A DNA stretch of 64,000 nucleotides, taken from positions 18,848,001 to 18,912,000 of the forward strand of contig NC_043013.1 in the NCBI RefSeq assembly GCF_006345805.1. The letters run 5' to 3'. The notes under the pieces were generated by a model, which saw only the letters and a list, made by a program, of their open reading frames with translations, was not told the DNA's origin and made no database searches. Position numbers and translations under genes: made by a program. Every line of letters starts with the position of its first letter. The first letter of the stretch is position 1. This stretch comes from Octopus sinensis. Lineage: Eukaryota. This document shows, piece after piece, positions 51,498-64,000 of this stretch.

Positions 51498-53510
51498 GAG
51501 ATATAAGCAGTAGTGGAACGATAGAGCAGTTGTATACTGTCAACTTGACGTGGCAGTCTCCTTTGTTTTGTAGAAGCAAGGATTCCTCACTGGGTTCTGG
51601 GCTTTGGTCTTCCTGCTGTAGAGCAGTTTGTTTTTATCACTTAATTGCGAGAACTGCTGTTTGAGGGGTGTCCCACCTCCAAATTTAATTCAATTTAAGT
51701 ATTGTGATATTCTCAATTATTTGTGAAAACAGTGCCTGTTTGACTTCGTTGAAGGTTTTTTTAAAGGAACAATTTCGTGGAGTTGGACAGGAATTGAGAA
51801 AAACTTTGAAGGCCAGGAGTACAGTGTGGTCGAAAACTATTCGTTTTTGCTGTGTTTTGAACTCTCGTTCTCTTCTTCTGTCTTTTATTTTGTGAAAAAC
51901 TGTATTGAACTGTTTATTTTAATTTTTTCTTCCTTTGTGTTAATACTTTCTTTTTTTCTTTATTATTTGATTTTTTGTAGACTGTCTTTAGAACTTTAAA
52001 TTTTGCACATGGCAAAAAACAAACTGACAGAATGGGAAATAACACCTCTCAAAAAATGGCTAGAAAAATTTGAAAGGAAGACGGTGGCGTTGAGGACTTA
52101 ACCTAAGTCCCTCGACACCATAGCTGTCTTCCAGAAAAAAGTGAAAGAAAAGGAGTTGGCAGATTATATGCCAGCTATTAAATACACCTCTCGGGTGGGG
52201 AGTCAAATATGCAACGTTGTGGTTGCTGTTTGACTCCCCCGAAGAAGCATGCGAATTCACAAGCCAGCCCCTGGAGGGCAAGGAAATTTTGTTTCTTCCC
52301 ACATATTGTGGGAAGAAGTTGACAAGGGCTTGGGTCAGCGGTTTGCCACTCGGAATTGAGCCCGAGTGGATAGAAGATACTATCCGTCGTGGTCTGGGTG
52401 GCAGCAGTACCAAGCTCCTCAATGTGAATATTCTGCCTGCGGCTGATTGGGTGGGGTCAAAAGCTGTTTTGACCTTATGGACCCAATCAGCCGAAAATCT
52501 AGTATTTCCCGATTTTTTGGAAATACCAGATATAGGTATCCGGTGATGCTTGAGGGGCGCCCTCCCCCAAGTGTCATCTGTGCCTGGAACCGGGCCATAT
52601 CAAAAAGAACTGCCCTAAGGACCAAAATAAGGTCCTGGAGCAGTTGATAAAAATACCGCTCCCTGCTCCCTCATTGGAGGGAGGTGGAAACATCTTCGAA
52701 AAAAGGAAAAAAAAACGAAAGGTGGGCAACAATGGTTGCCCACCGAAGGATCCCAGGGCAGCGGAAGGGAAGGAGGATCTGCTGGACAAGGCGGAGAAAC
52801 TCCACCCTCCTTTGACTCAAAGTAAAAAAAGAAAAAAAAAGAAAAAATGGGACATCGTCGGCGGTTTGTGACACACTACGGGCGGTTTATGACTCACTGC
52901 AGGCGTGTCACGAAGCATCTTTGGTGGATTTGTGCCACCAAAGATGGAAATTTTACATCCCCTCTGTGATACAGAGGAGGAATTTGTGGCCCTCTTCCAT
53001 AAGGAAGGGACAGTAGGGGGCTTTGTCAAGAAGCTTAAATTGAAGGGCCGAAGGGAGGGGATTCTGTCCTTCGCAGATGGCTGAGAAGGTCATGAGGGAG
53101 AACGACCTGTTCAAGATAAGGGACTCCTTCTGACGATACCTTCAGATTTGTACTAAATTGGCCCGTCTTGGAGTCGTCCAGGTGTTTAGTTGAGGCGAGA
53201 AGTCTGGTCGGGCAGGAAGATTTTTTTCATTGATTCATAAATGGACTTGTGTAAGAGGTTTATTGCCTCACAATGGCTTTGTATGTCGTAAATGTAAGAG
53301 GTCTATTGCCTCCTTAATGTGTTATTATGTAAGAGGTTTTTGCCTCCATATGTTTTATAAAGAACAATGTGCTCGGGTAAACAGCAATCGTTGCTGTTGC
53401 CCTCATTATTATCATATCGTCAATCATTCCATCTCATTATGTCCCTGTCCAGCCCACAGCTTCCTTTCTTTGTAAGGCCCTCGTGGCCAATTTGAATGAA
53501 TAAAAGAAGC
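51498..53510 (+). mobile_element. Tx1/L1-like LINE derivative lacking most of ORF2
   Basis: Long T-rich leader, ORF1 from ATG at 52009, a short segment resembling an ORF2 C-terminus (~52940-53150), and tail 'tgtaaggccctcgtggccaa...aataaaa'. The 5' boundary is uncertain. Confidence 0.55.
52009..52850 (+). pseudogene. Gag-like ORF1 with CCHC zinc knuckle, disrupted
   Basis: PKCHLCLEPGHIKKNCP (CX2CX4HX4C, 52572-52613) after frameshifts; upstream RAWVSGLPLGIEPEWI and VMLEGRPP fit Tx1-type ORF1. Confidence 0.7.
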
Positions 53511-54988
53511 TTACGCCCCAGCCACATTGCTCGGGTTTGTGTCCTACTAGGTAGCATCCTGGGGAAGTATCTTCTATATAGCCTTCGGACGACGAAGTTT
53601 TGTGCGTGGATTTAGTAGATGTAAACTAACTGGGTCAAACTTCTGACCACACATCATAACTGCCTGATGCCAAAATTGAAACAGTAATATTGGAATGCTT
53701 AGCAAAATTAAATAATTAATTTGATTATCTCAAACATTTTTTAGGCAGGATGTATCTAAATCTAGATTAATCAATATGCCCTTCCTTATTTAAAACCTTT
53801 AGGTAGTCATTTGGAAAAGAATATTTAGCTGTTATTTTGAGCAGTTAAAGAACCCGGACACAGTCTCCATCGAAATGTAAATGTTTATGTTAGCGGTGAA
53901 GCTAGTTACAGTAAACGACTTGGCCAACCTGCGTGACACGAATAGTAACGGAAACTCGAATAATGCAACATAATCCCGAAGCATACATTTAATAACTTAA
54001 TTATAAGATGAGATTATACGGCTATCAATGTAAACCCACGCTTTATTTTACGTGTTATGCACTACTAAAGAAATTTAGCAATTAACTTTCCAATTTCTTT
54101 AGAAAAATAAGTTGGATTAATTTCCTTTTAAATTATATTTTCTTATAATTATTTCAAGAGGGAAATGGAAAAAATATAATTTATAAAAATAGAATAAAAT
54201 ATAAATAGAATTTATCATTAAAATAAAATAAGGAAAAAATACAGATAAATGTAATATTGCTTTTATCCCCTAAAAATTTCCCAAATATAACGAAAGTGGT
54301 TTATAACATATTTTGATTCCATTTCATATTTTTACATTTTTTATATGATTTCAGTGGTATTTAGGGTGTTAGTCAAAAAAGATATGAAGCAAAGGACATA
54401 CCAAAACAAATGTATTTTCAGAGAAGACGTTAGAAATCTGTAGAAACGTGATGGAAGAAGAAAAGTCAAAGATGCGGGAGAACGCTCGAGTTTCAATACA
54501 ACAAACACATACAAACACACACACACATACACACACACACGCACACACACACACATACACACAAACACACACATGTATATACAAATACATATCTATATAT
54601 CTAAATATGTGTGTGTATGTATATATAATGCAAAAAGAGAGGGAGGGAGAGAAAGTGTGTGAGAGAGAGAGAGACAGTTGTATAAAATATAGATACGCGT
54701 GTGTATGTGTACAAATACGTAGAGAAGAAAGAGAAAGTGGTTCAAAGATAAAGATTTCTCTATCCTAAATCTATGAATGCTTTGTGAATCAAAACATGCC
54801 GAAGCAGTCATTTTCCGTTTTTACCATTTTATTCACATATGTATCTATCGTAATATATATATATATAATATATATATATATATCTAATGAAGGATAAAAT
54901 TTTTTTCGAAAAAAAATATTATTTTCCCCCCAAAATTTTATCACTGGCCAGCATATCAAAAAATACATTTAAAGGTTAAATCTATAAA

Positions 54989-55084
54989 CAATTCATAATT
55001 AAGGGCAAATGAAAAAAATTCTAATGCCAGATATGCCGAAAAATTGGACATATTGTTTTTTCGTTTGCCCTTAATTATGAATTG
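54989..55084. repeat. 29-bp inverted repeat with 38-bp spacer
   Basis: caattcataattaagggcaaatgaaaaaa / ttttttcgtttgcccttaattatgaattg (1 mismatch). Confidence 0.9.
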
Positions 55085-55085
55085 C

Positions 55086-55156
<71 letters not shown>

Positions 55157-57314
55157 TCATATATATGTCAGTGTGTGTGTTTGTGTGTGTGTCAATATGT
55201 ATATATAAGTTAGAGGTTAAGACAGCCATCTAAGGGAAAAGGGTATCCAATATACTACCAGTATATTACTTATACTTAAGCATGGGCATACATATGCAAG
55301 CATATTATTCTCATAAATTATAGGTAAAGACAAGGATAAATATGAGTTTATGGGGAATCAGAATATAAAGAAATCAGAAAATGGACATATAACTGATGAA
55401 CAACAATTGTCTCACATCAATTATTATTTATTAATTCATTAAAAAAAGATTGCATCCCATCTAATTGCTGTTTCTGCTTCCCATGTTGTGTGATATTGCC
55501 ATTGATATGCTAAAGATATTTATCATATTTGGCAATGAAACCGATCTTAAACATAGATCTTAGTGTAATAAATAAATAAATAATAAAAAGAAGGGTCTAG
55601 GGATAAAAGGGATATGTTTATAATGATACCGTGCTGTTTGTGTGTCTCTTTAGGGCGTTAAGTAAATGATTAAGCTTGAAATAGTACTTGGTTGAGTAAT
55701 TCCTTTGTACGGGATGCATAGGATGGATAAATAATAAAAATGATAGTAGTATACGCCAATAGGTTTGGTCAAAGAAGGAGCAAAGATACAATAAGGAGTT
55801 AGTGTAATCGTAATAATTTTTAATAAATGTATGTGAGGGTGCATATCTGTGTATGTACATACACATATATATTTATATTTATGTGAGTGTGTGCATACGT
55901 GTACACACTTTATTGTGAATTTATTTAAGTATGTTTGCAGGAGCAAATTGTAATAAGTGCTTGTATCCCTGAAAATAATTTGCAAGTATTTCAATTTGTT
56001 TTCATTAACTGATTAATTAGAGATATATACATTAACTTATTTAATTGATAACTAGGATGATCGATTTATAGATTCTTTAGTTAATTAGTTGTTTGATTGA
56101 CTAGTTACCTCATTGATCAGGTGCACTGGCTAGTTAATCAAGAGAGTGATTGGTAGCCTTGTAAACTTCTAATTTAGGCCACTTACCCTAGTTATTAACT
56201 CCCCTAAACCATTCTTATTCAACCTTAATTGTCCAAAGCAAAAATCCTTTTCATTCTCTTTTAATGATTTTCACTCTTATTTTATGATTTCAAAAGCTTT
56301 TTGACCACTTCTCATCGACCGACTAAATTCCCAAATGTCCAAATCGGTATTTCTCTAAATTTTAATAATAATATTGGTCTTACTTATTGTATTATATTGT
56401 ATTTTTGGTTTACATTGCTTTAAGCAATTTCGGGTCCCTTATATCATTCTTCCATTCATTTATTTAGCTTATTTCGTGTCAACGGTCGCAATAGCTGGTC
56501 TTTTGTTTCAAATTTGAACTGCCCAATTATAGCGTGCGCTGGACCTTGGCCTATCTCACTTCGGACAATAGGTGGATAGGCTGAAGCACCTAGTAGTAAG
56601 TAAAAAATCACATTTAATCGATTAGCACTTTATTATGATAAATATTATTATTTAGTCCTAGAAACAATTATCAAATACTATTACGATTACTCTAACTCCT
56701 TATTGTATCTTTTCTCCTTCTTTGACCACAACCTATTGGCGTATACTGCTATCATTTTTATTATTTATCCATCCTATAACCACCGTACAAAAGATTAATC
56801 CAACCATTACTATTTTAAGTTTAGTCATTTATTTAACGTCCTAAAAAGACACACAAACAACACGGCATGATTAAGTGATTTTAAAGATTCTAACAATTTA
56901 TATTTTTAAAATAACTATTTGTATTCTTATCTTAAGTTTATTTAATTTTATACTGTATATATGTATGTTATTATGGTTGTAGTTCTAATATAACATTCTA
57001 ATATTCTAATATCCTAAAGCTGATAAACCAACTAATGTGTTTCTCCATTTTCATATTTGTAATATAAATTAATGGTAAAATATATCTTTACCTTCACCCA
57101 TTTAATACAAGAGCGTATTTTTAATGGTATGCTTTTTTAATATCTTGAATCTTTATCCGTTTCTTCCCCTACTGTTGTTTTTCTGCTATTTGATGCCTTC
57201 CGGTGGTTATATTAATAATTTAGCTCCTATTTCTAAAAAGGTCGATGCTGTTTCCGCATAGTTATGCCTTGCAATCACTTTAAATATATATATATATATA
57301 TATTATATATATTA

Positions 57315-57354
<40 letters not shown>

Positions 57355-57559
57355 ATATATATATATATACATACATATAGCGGATACGAAAGACTTCTTT
57401 TTTCTGTCGAGGGCTTATATGCCCCATTTATTAGATTATTTTTCTTAGCCATTGCACTGTGATCGCCATAAGTTTTAATCTTATATAAGAATATAATTAT
57501 TATTATTTCCAGTATTGTAAAAACAGCGCCGTATAAAAAAAAAACCATTCGCACCGGAA

Positions 57560-57578
57560 GATTATATTTATATATATA

Positions 57579-57625
<47 letters not shown>

Positions 57626-57666
57626 TAATATATATATTATATATATATATAATATATATATATGTA

Positions 57667-57699
<33 letters not shown>

Positions 57700-57730
57700 A
57701 TGTATATATATATATATGTATATATATATG

Positions 57731-57802
<72 letters not shown>

Positions 57803-57860
57803 TATATATATATAATATGTATATATATATATATATATAGTATATATATGCATATGCATT
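57560..57860. repeat. Interrupted (TA)n array
   Basis: Directly visible. Confidence 0.95.
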
Positions 57861-58151
57861 TATACATGCATACATACAAACATATATTTGTGGGAATGTA
57901 AGGAGATACACACGTACACGTACATATTTTTTATGACTGAATATAAATTTGCCTGTCATTTATTGTTTTACTCTCGTTCGTCTCGCTTTTTCCTTTATTT
58001 CAGCAATGACTAAGAATAAATGAACTAAGAAGAAATAGTGAAGAATCTATATCTACTTCAATTCTTCTAGTGTTTGTTCGCTGCCAACTCTGAACAACGC
58101 AAAACAATGAAACTTGCTAAATATATATTCTATTCTAGATAAGGGATATAT

Positions 58152-58208
<57 letters not shown>

Positions 58209-58561
58209 ATATATGCATACACACATACACCCACACATGCGGTGTCATACATGCTCACGTGTTCACACTCAGAACACGCGAGAACGTAGAATCACATATG
58301 CCCGCACACGCAACTACACAAACATAAACACACACACACACACACACACACCCACACGCACGCACACACACATGCGTATATGTATGCATCTATGTATATC
58401 TCTATATCTATCCTTATGTAAATCGTGAGTGTGTGCGTATATACATACGCATATATATACACACATATATACGCATATATATATATGCATATATATATGC
58501 ATATGCATATATATATATATATATATATATACGGTTTAAGTAATTGAGATTCATAATTGAG

Positions 58562-58607
<46 letters not shown>

Positions 58608-59073
58608 ATATATGTGTGTGGGTGTATACATTTCAAAATGTTTGTATATATATAATATATATATATATACTTTTGATTGTGAGTAGATGTACATGTACAC
58701 GCATACAGAAATATATGTGCCGATTCAGAGGAAGAGTCTGTAGAAGCGTGATTACTTAGAGACAGTTGGTTTATTGAATTTGGATTATGTTATAACCATC
58801 AGACATCAATGTTATCATCATCATTATCATCATCAGAATTACCATTACTTTGGCTGTTGTTGCTGTTATTGTGGCTGTTTTTGTTAGCCGTAGTAACACA
58901 AAGAGAACTGTGAACACTGAAAATTGAAAATATCTAAATATAAACTCAACTGTAATGCGTTTGAATAGAATTCTGAGGGAGGCAATCTGAACGAAAGTTG
59001 AAATGAAACAATGGAAGCCAATAAGTTTTGCTATGAGAAAGATTTCTCCTTTCCCTTATATATGTCTGTATAT

Positions 59074-59131
<58 letters not shown>

Positions 59132-59169
59132 GCATGCGGGAATGCGTAGGTGTGTATATGAGAGTGGAG

Positions 59170-59310
59170 AAACGTGGCTTAGGGTTGAGTGTAATTAGCT
59201 CACGATCGTCAGGTCGTGGGTTCGATTCCCGGTGACGAGTTGTGTCTTTGAACAAAACACGTTTCGAGTTCGCACTCACCGGGCAAAAATGAGTTGTACG
59301 TATCTGAAAG
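59170..59310 (+). mobile_element. tRNA-derived SINE head
   Basis: gtggcttagggttgagtg...ggtcgtgggttcgattcccgg...tgtctttgaacaaaacac; related to the 23095 head. Confidence 0.6.
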
Positions 59311-59523
59311 GACACACGGGTTTCACTTTCACATCTCCCTGATTATGGCGAGAACAATGAAAACTTTCCGAAAGCTTGGCGTAGGCCTCTAGGGAGCTAG
59401 AACACTAAATCTTAGTGCACATGCACAATAGAATTCAAAATCAATCTGTGGCAAGCAGTTTCACAATGCATGCTTTGGCTTCATTACTATGGCAACGGTC
59501 CAGGTGCTTATTGATTAGAGCAA

Positions 59524-59569
<46 letters not shown>

Positions 59570-59687
59570 GCATAAATATATATATATATATATATATAAT
59601 ATATATATATATATATACACATGCATAAATATATATATATATATATTATACACATACATAAATATATATATATATATATATACATAC

Positions 59688-59720
<33 letters not shown>

Positions 59721-59929
59721 GACACACACATATATATATTGGCCTGCCCGCTTAGCCAGTGTGTGGCGTCATTTGAAGGCTAAAACAATGCGAAGCGCAT
59801 TGTGAATAGCGATGTGTAGCAACATCTGATAGCCTGGTGTCACGGTGACGGTGCTATATATATATATATATATATTATATAAAGTAAGATGGAGTACGAT
59901 TTGACAGCTGCTTAATGACCACTACACAG

Positions 59930-60290
59930 AAAGAAAATGACTCTTCCCAGACACAACGGAATATACTTCAACACCCGAACTCACATAAAGAATCTTGCAA
60001 ACCAAATCCACGTGTTCACTCTGTTTGCTTTGTCACAAGCTCTTTGTATCCTATTTCAGTTTCTGCTTCTATATCTAGAGCAGTTACCACCATGTTGGTC
60101 CTTGGTGTGTTTCTAGAGTATGGGGGACCGTTTTGTTTTTGTCGTCATATTGTCTCAAATGCTCATGCAGTCTTTCATTTAGTCATACATACAAATAATG
60201 ATTGCTTCATCTTGACAGAAGATAACCAACCCATCAACACGTTCTCTACACATCATCACACACCACAACCCCCAACCTTGCTTTTAAGAC
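59930..60290 (-). mobile_element. Possible PLE GIY-YIG relic
   Basis: Fragments FVCMTK / LNERLHEHLRQY...HTLETH in shifting frames; weak. Confidence 0.35.
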
Positions 60291-60299
60291 CAGTTGCTG

Positions 60300-60790
60300 A
60301 CTGACAGGATTTAAAACAGAGATTATTCAAGTTTCTTCTACACCTTTGCATATGTCTTCTTTAAGTCCAGATATTGTCTTAGAAGTTTTGCGGCATATGA
60401 CACAAGTCGTAGGAGGTGGATTGTCTTCAAGATTGTTACCTACCTGGGCATTTCGATTTTCATATGACTTCATATAATTCACGCATCCTGCTTTTGAAAA
60501 CAGAAAACGATCGCACATACCACATATCCAATATTCACTGTTGATTTCAGTTCCAATCGTTCCTTTGCGACAGGTTGCTCAAGGTTAAAATGCTGAATCA
60601 TCTTTAACTCACAAATGTTGCAACCAGCCGTAACTGCACCTCACCATTTGTTCCGATCCAGAACATCAGTTTCCTAATAATTTGTTCATATCTAGTTTCT
60701 TCAGCTTTTCCTTCACATAGTATTTATACCCTTTTCTCGGTTTATGTTGTGGTTGCTTACCAGACTTGCAATATATTATATACTGTGTGC
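60300..60790 (-). mobile_element. RTE-clade LINE 3' end
   Basis: KPRKGYKYYVKEKLKKL.., then two C2H2-like relics WICGMCDRFLFSKAGCVNYMK and TCVICRKTSKTISGLK. Confidence 0.6.
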
Positions 60791-61326
60791 CTTTCGTCTC
60801 TGTGTATATCATGTGTGTTTTGTCTCATTTGGGTATAATAAGGGTGTGTATAGTGTTATTTGTGTACATTATGATTACTGTTAGTCTTATTGTATTCCGT
60901 GTGCATGCTTAATATCATTAGCGGTTATTATGGGTGTTTTTAGTGTTATATTGCTATTCATTGTCATAATTACTACTAACACATCGAATTTCCTTGTGCT
61001 TTTCTGAATAGGATAGATCTGTTATCTATTAATGTTTTTCTCTCGGTTTGTGTTTTGCCTTGTGATGTAGTGCTTTACAGTTGTTTCTATAAGTAATAAA
61101 AGAAAATAGCAGAGAAATAAATAAATAAAAAAAATCCACCGAAAACGCGAGGATGTGATAAATGCAGAGTATTGATAAGACACTCAGGCAAGGAAACAAA
61201 GGGTTTTTTTACGTTTCCAGCAAAGTTCTTCTTCAAAAACAGGGAACAATGGAAACTCCAAAAGAATAGGAAGACAGAGGAAACAAATCGCTAACAAGCT
61301 GAAGAAATTGGAGTCAGCAACAAAGG

Positions 61327-61616
61327 GTACGGTTGGACAGTTGTTTTTTAATCACTACAATTATTTCCCAACAATGTACCTCACAAAAAATACAGGTATT
61401 CGATTATGCAACTGTTTGTTTGAATAATGAGATCTAGTTGTGTTTCCTCAGGTGAGATTTTCGAAATTAAAACCAAGACAGACGGATATCACCTGAGGAA
61501 ACACAACTAGGTCTCATTATGCAAACAGACAGTTGAATAATCAAATACCTGTATTTTTATAGAACTGCATTGTGTGGAAACAATTATAGTGATTACAAAT
61601 TAAATGTACAACCTAC
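61327..61616. mobile_element. Foldback MITE-like element
   Basis: ~125-bp imperfect inverted arms (…ctagttgtgtttcctcaggtga / tcacctgaggaaacacaactag…) with a ~30-bp spacer. Confidence 0.75.
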
Positions 61617-62709
61617 TCCTTATTCACTACAATTTCGTCAATTTTATATTCACACATGAATGTTCAAAAGTAAAGGCACACACACATGCACACACACACA
61701 CTTATATATATATAGATAGATATGTATGTGTGTGCGTGTGTGCGCATAGGTATAAGTATATGTGTATATTTATATAACGTACCGACAGAGCAGCATCCTA
61801 CCTATACGACTCGTATAGAAGGAATAGTATTATGAAGTTCACGATTTTCACCTTTTTGTAATTGTATTTTAAATCACGGCGATCATTTCTATCCTCTTCG
61901 CTATCTCACATATTAGTGCCACGTTAATCATATGCGCCTTTTTATGCTGACTTTTTTGCTTTTCTAAGACATTAGTAGTATTAGTTCAAGGTTGTATGCA
62001 ATGCATTCGCTGTTCTATTTTTTGTCGTCTCATGTTTGCTCAAACTGTTTTTACTTAATCTATACTCAGTACATACGACAACGATGCGTAATTGCAATAA
62101 CACCTTGCGTAAATAGAGGAGACGGTCATGAAAATTAAGAGAATGTATAACCAATTTCCTATGACTGTCATCAAAACGCTGACTTCATCGACCTTTTAAT
62201 GAGATCTTGAAAGGTCAACTTTAAGTGGTTCTAATTTCAGAATAGAACACTTAGGAAAGTTTTGAGAGGCAATAAATAAAGAATGATAAAATTTATGTCA
62301 AAGAGGAATTTGGTTGTACAAGTAGATGCGTTTAAGGATGGCTAAGGGAAAACATCAAGGGACACACTCTGTATGAGAACAAAACAGTTAAGTGTGAGCT
62401 AACATTCTTTGATACATTCATGCGACAGGTTTCCTCCAATCATTCATTTAATAAATTACTCTATCGTGTATATTCATAGCATTCCTAATAATTCTAAGAT
62501 AAGTAATAAACTCTACACTATCGTTTATTGGTATGGTCCAATAAGTGTACCGCAGGTCTTGTTGCATTTCTGCCTCTTCTTGGTCAACACAAAATGTTAA
62601 TTTAATTAATTAATTTATTTTTGTAACTAGGTACATTCTTTTCGTCTTCATCATTTGACAAATTGTCAGAGAAAAAGTTGTATCGGAAAAGTGTGGCGGC
62701 ATGTTTGCG

Positions 62710-63665
62710 TGTCTGCATCGTTTAGTAAATGTGGAGGTATTGTTTTCAGTCGTGTTTGTTTGTTTATCCGTGGACAAGATATCTCAAGATCTGCTGGATG
62801 GATTCAGGGATGTTGGCCTCGTGACTGGTACGAACTGATTAAATTTTGATATCGATCCGGTTCCAGCTAAGGATTCTGGATTATTGTATTTTTATATTTA
62901 CTTTACTTTCATGATGTAATACGATCTTACGTTCTTTCAAGTCTTTCTCTGATTATCTCCCTTGAAAGCACGCTCATAGCTTCCACGTAAGCTATGGTGG
63001 CGTTGCTGTTTCCAAAGTTTTCTTTTCGTTTCTCTATTAAACAAACGGCAGCAAAACTGTTCAGAAATTAAATAACACTAACATATTCAGTTACAATAAT
63101 AAATCTAATTTATTCTCGACAATTTATATTTTAACCAATTTTGAGTATATCGCTCCTGTTTAAAACCTCTTACCTACTTGACAATTCCATTTGTAGCTCT
63201 GCCATGAAGGAAGCTTTACTTCTTGGGCTCACGTTTCTGTGCGCAATGATGTTAAACCTACGTTAGCAGCACCATATACATGTTCTTTTCGTTTTCTTTC
63301 ACGCACCGATGAATTTTTCACTATAGACCTTAATGGTCGTAAAGGCATAGAGAAAACCGTCCCTGTTCCCACTGCAGACGACACGCACACAGCATTACAA
63401 ACGCGGTCCGTACACCCACCTTCACATTCCAAGACTACTATTGGGATCGATCAGGTATGAGACAGTGATTGTGGATTATTTTCCCGGTTTTTTCAATTAA
63501 TTTCTGGGAGAGGTCGGGTTCATTTTTAGTATTCTCGTTTGTGAGAGCAGTCGAGTTTATTTCAGATATTTTCATTAAAAAAACATATCATCTCAGGCTA
63601 ATCGATAAGTAGACGTTTGCGCCACCTTGGTGGTGCTTTGCGCTCTCTGAGTGCTCTTGTTTGCT
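62710..63665 (+). mobile_element. Non-autonomous DNA element (DINE-1/HINE-like architecture), interrupted by ~580 bp
   Basis: 5' part ggaggtattgttttcagtcgtgtttgtttgttt; 3' part ending in hairpins ccacc-tt-ggtgg and gcgctc-tct-gagtgc (63640-63654). 'ggattatt' occurs at both edges of the interruption. The assignment rests on recalled architecture. Confidence 0.45.
63197..63454 (+). CDS. Candidate coding exon (86 codons), product unknown
   Basis: Acceptor ccatttgtag|, donor CAG|gtatga, phase 0-0, open throughout: LCHEGSFTSWAHVSVRNDVKPTLAAPYTCSFRFLSRTDEFF...; GC-richer than the flanks; no family recognised. Confidence 0.35.
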
Positions 63666-64000
63666 TTAATTTCTTTTGAAGCAGAGGTGTCTCATACAAT
63701 ACATACAAACATACAAACATACATACATACATACATACATACATACATACATACATACATACATACATACATACACACACATATATATATATACACGCAT
63801 AAATATATATTAATATATAAATAGTCGCTGATAGTGACTAAGGGTGCATTGTAGCGCATACACTGCTTAGAAATAAGAATCAAAGATCCTTATAACGAAA
63901 AACGTAAAACAAGTCTGTGGGGCGGTTACCTCCCCTGTCATTACATAGACTTGTGCTCTGTTTGTGGTTATAGGGGTTTTTACTCTTATTTCTAGCAATG

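Noticed and set aside
51155-51558. CRISPR-like or LTR interpretation of spaced direct repeats
   Set aside because: Only two copies, eukaryotic context, and no TG...CA ends or primer-binding site.
55470-55560. attgcca/tggcaat stem followed by GAAAC
   Set aside because: The upstream core and stem III do not match the hammerhead consensus.
56300-56560. Possible PLE endonuclease relic on the minus strand
   Set aside because: Too degenerate to support by eye.
5200-59800. Numerous long ORFs of YI, CV, HT, YLSI and MYVC repeats (e.g. 12111-13064, 45935-47038)
   Set aside because: Translations of microsatellites that lack stop codons; no coding evidence.

Overview
AT-rich animal genomic DNA dominated by microsatellites ((TA)n, (CA)n, (TATG)n, (TCTA)n) and decayed transposons, with one 100-N scaffold gap. 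The SINE families and repeat composition suggest an octopod cephalopod; this is an inference from recalled repeat families, not a database result. No host gene could be named, and most ORFs in the supplied track are translations of simple repeats. Recognisable elements: at least three tRNA-derived SINE families in many copies; Penelope-like (PLE), R4/Dong, RTE, CR1/L2-group and Tx1-like retroelement remnants; mariner/Tc1/maT remnants and MITEs; two non-autonomous Helitrons. The most interesting signal is RNA-structural. There are two unrelated type I hammerhead ribozyme motifs with intact catalytic cores, palindromic stem III and ~60-nt stem II (15429-15516 and 24717-24809, minus strand). Each lies 80-90 bp from a long DNA palindrome. 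There is also a multi-copy PLE terminal-repeat family carrying a hammerhead-like fold with a CUGUUGA (A6U) core. All structures were folded by eye and none has been tested for activity.
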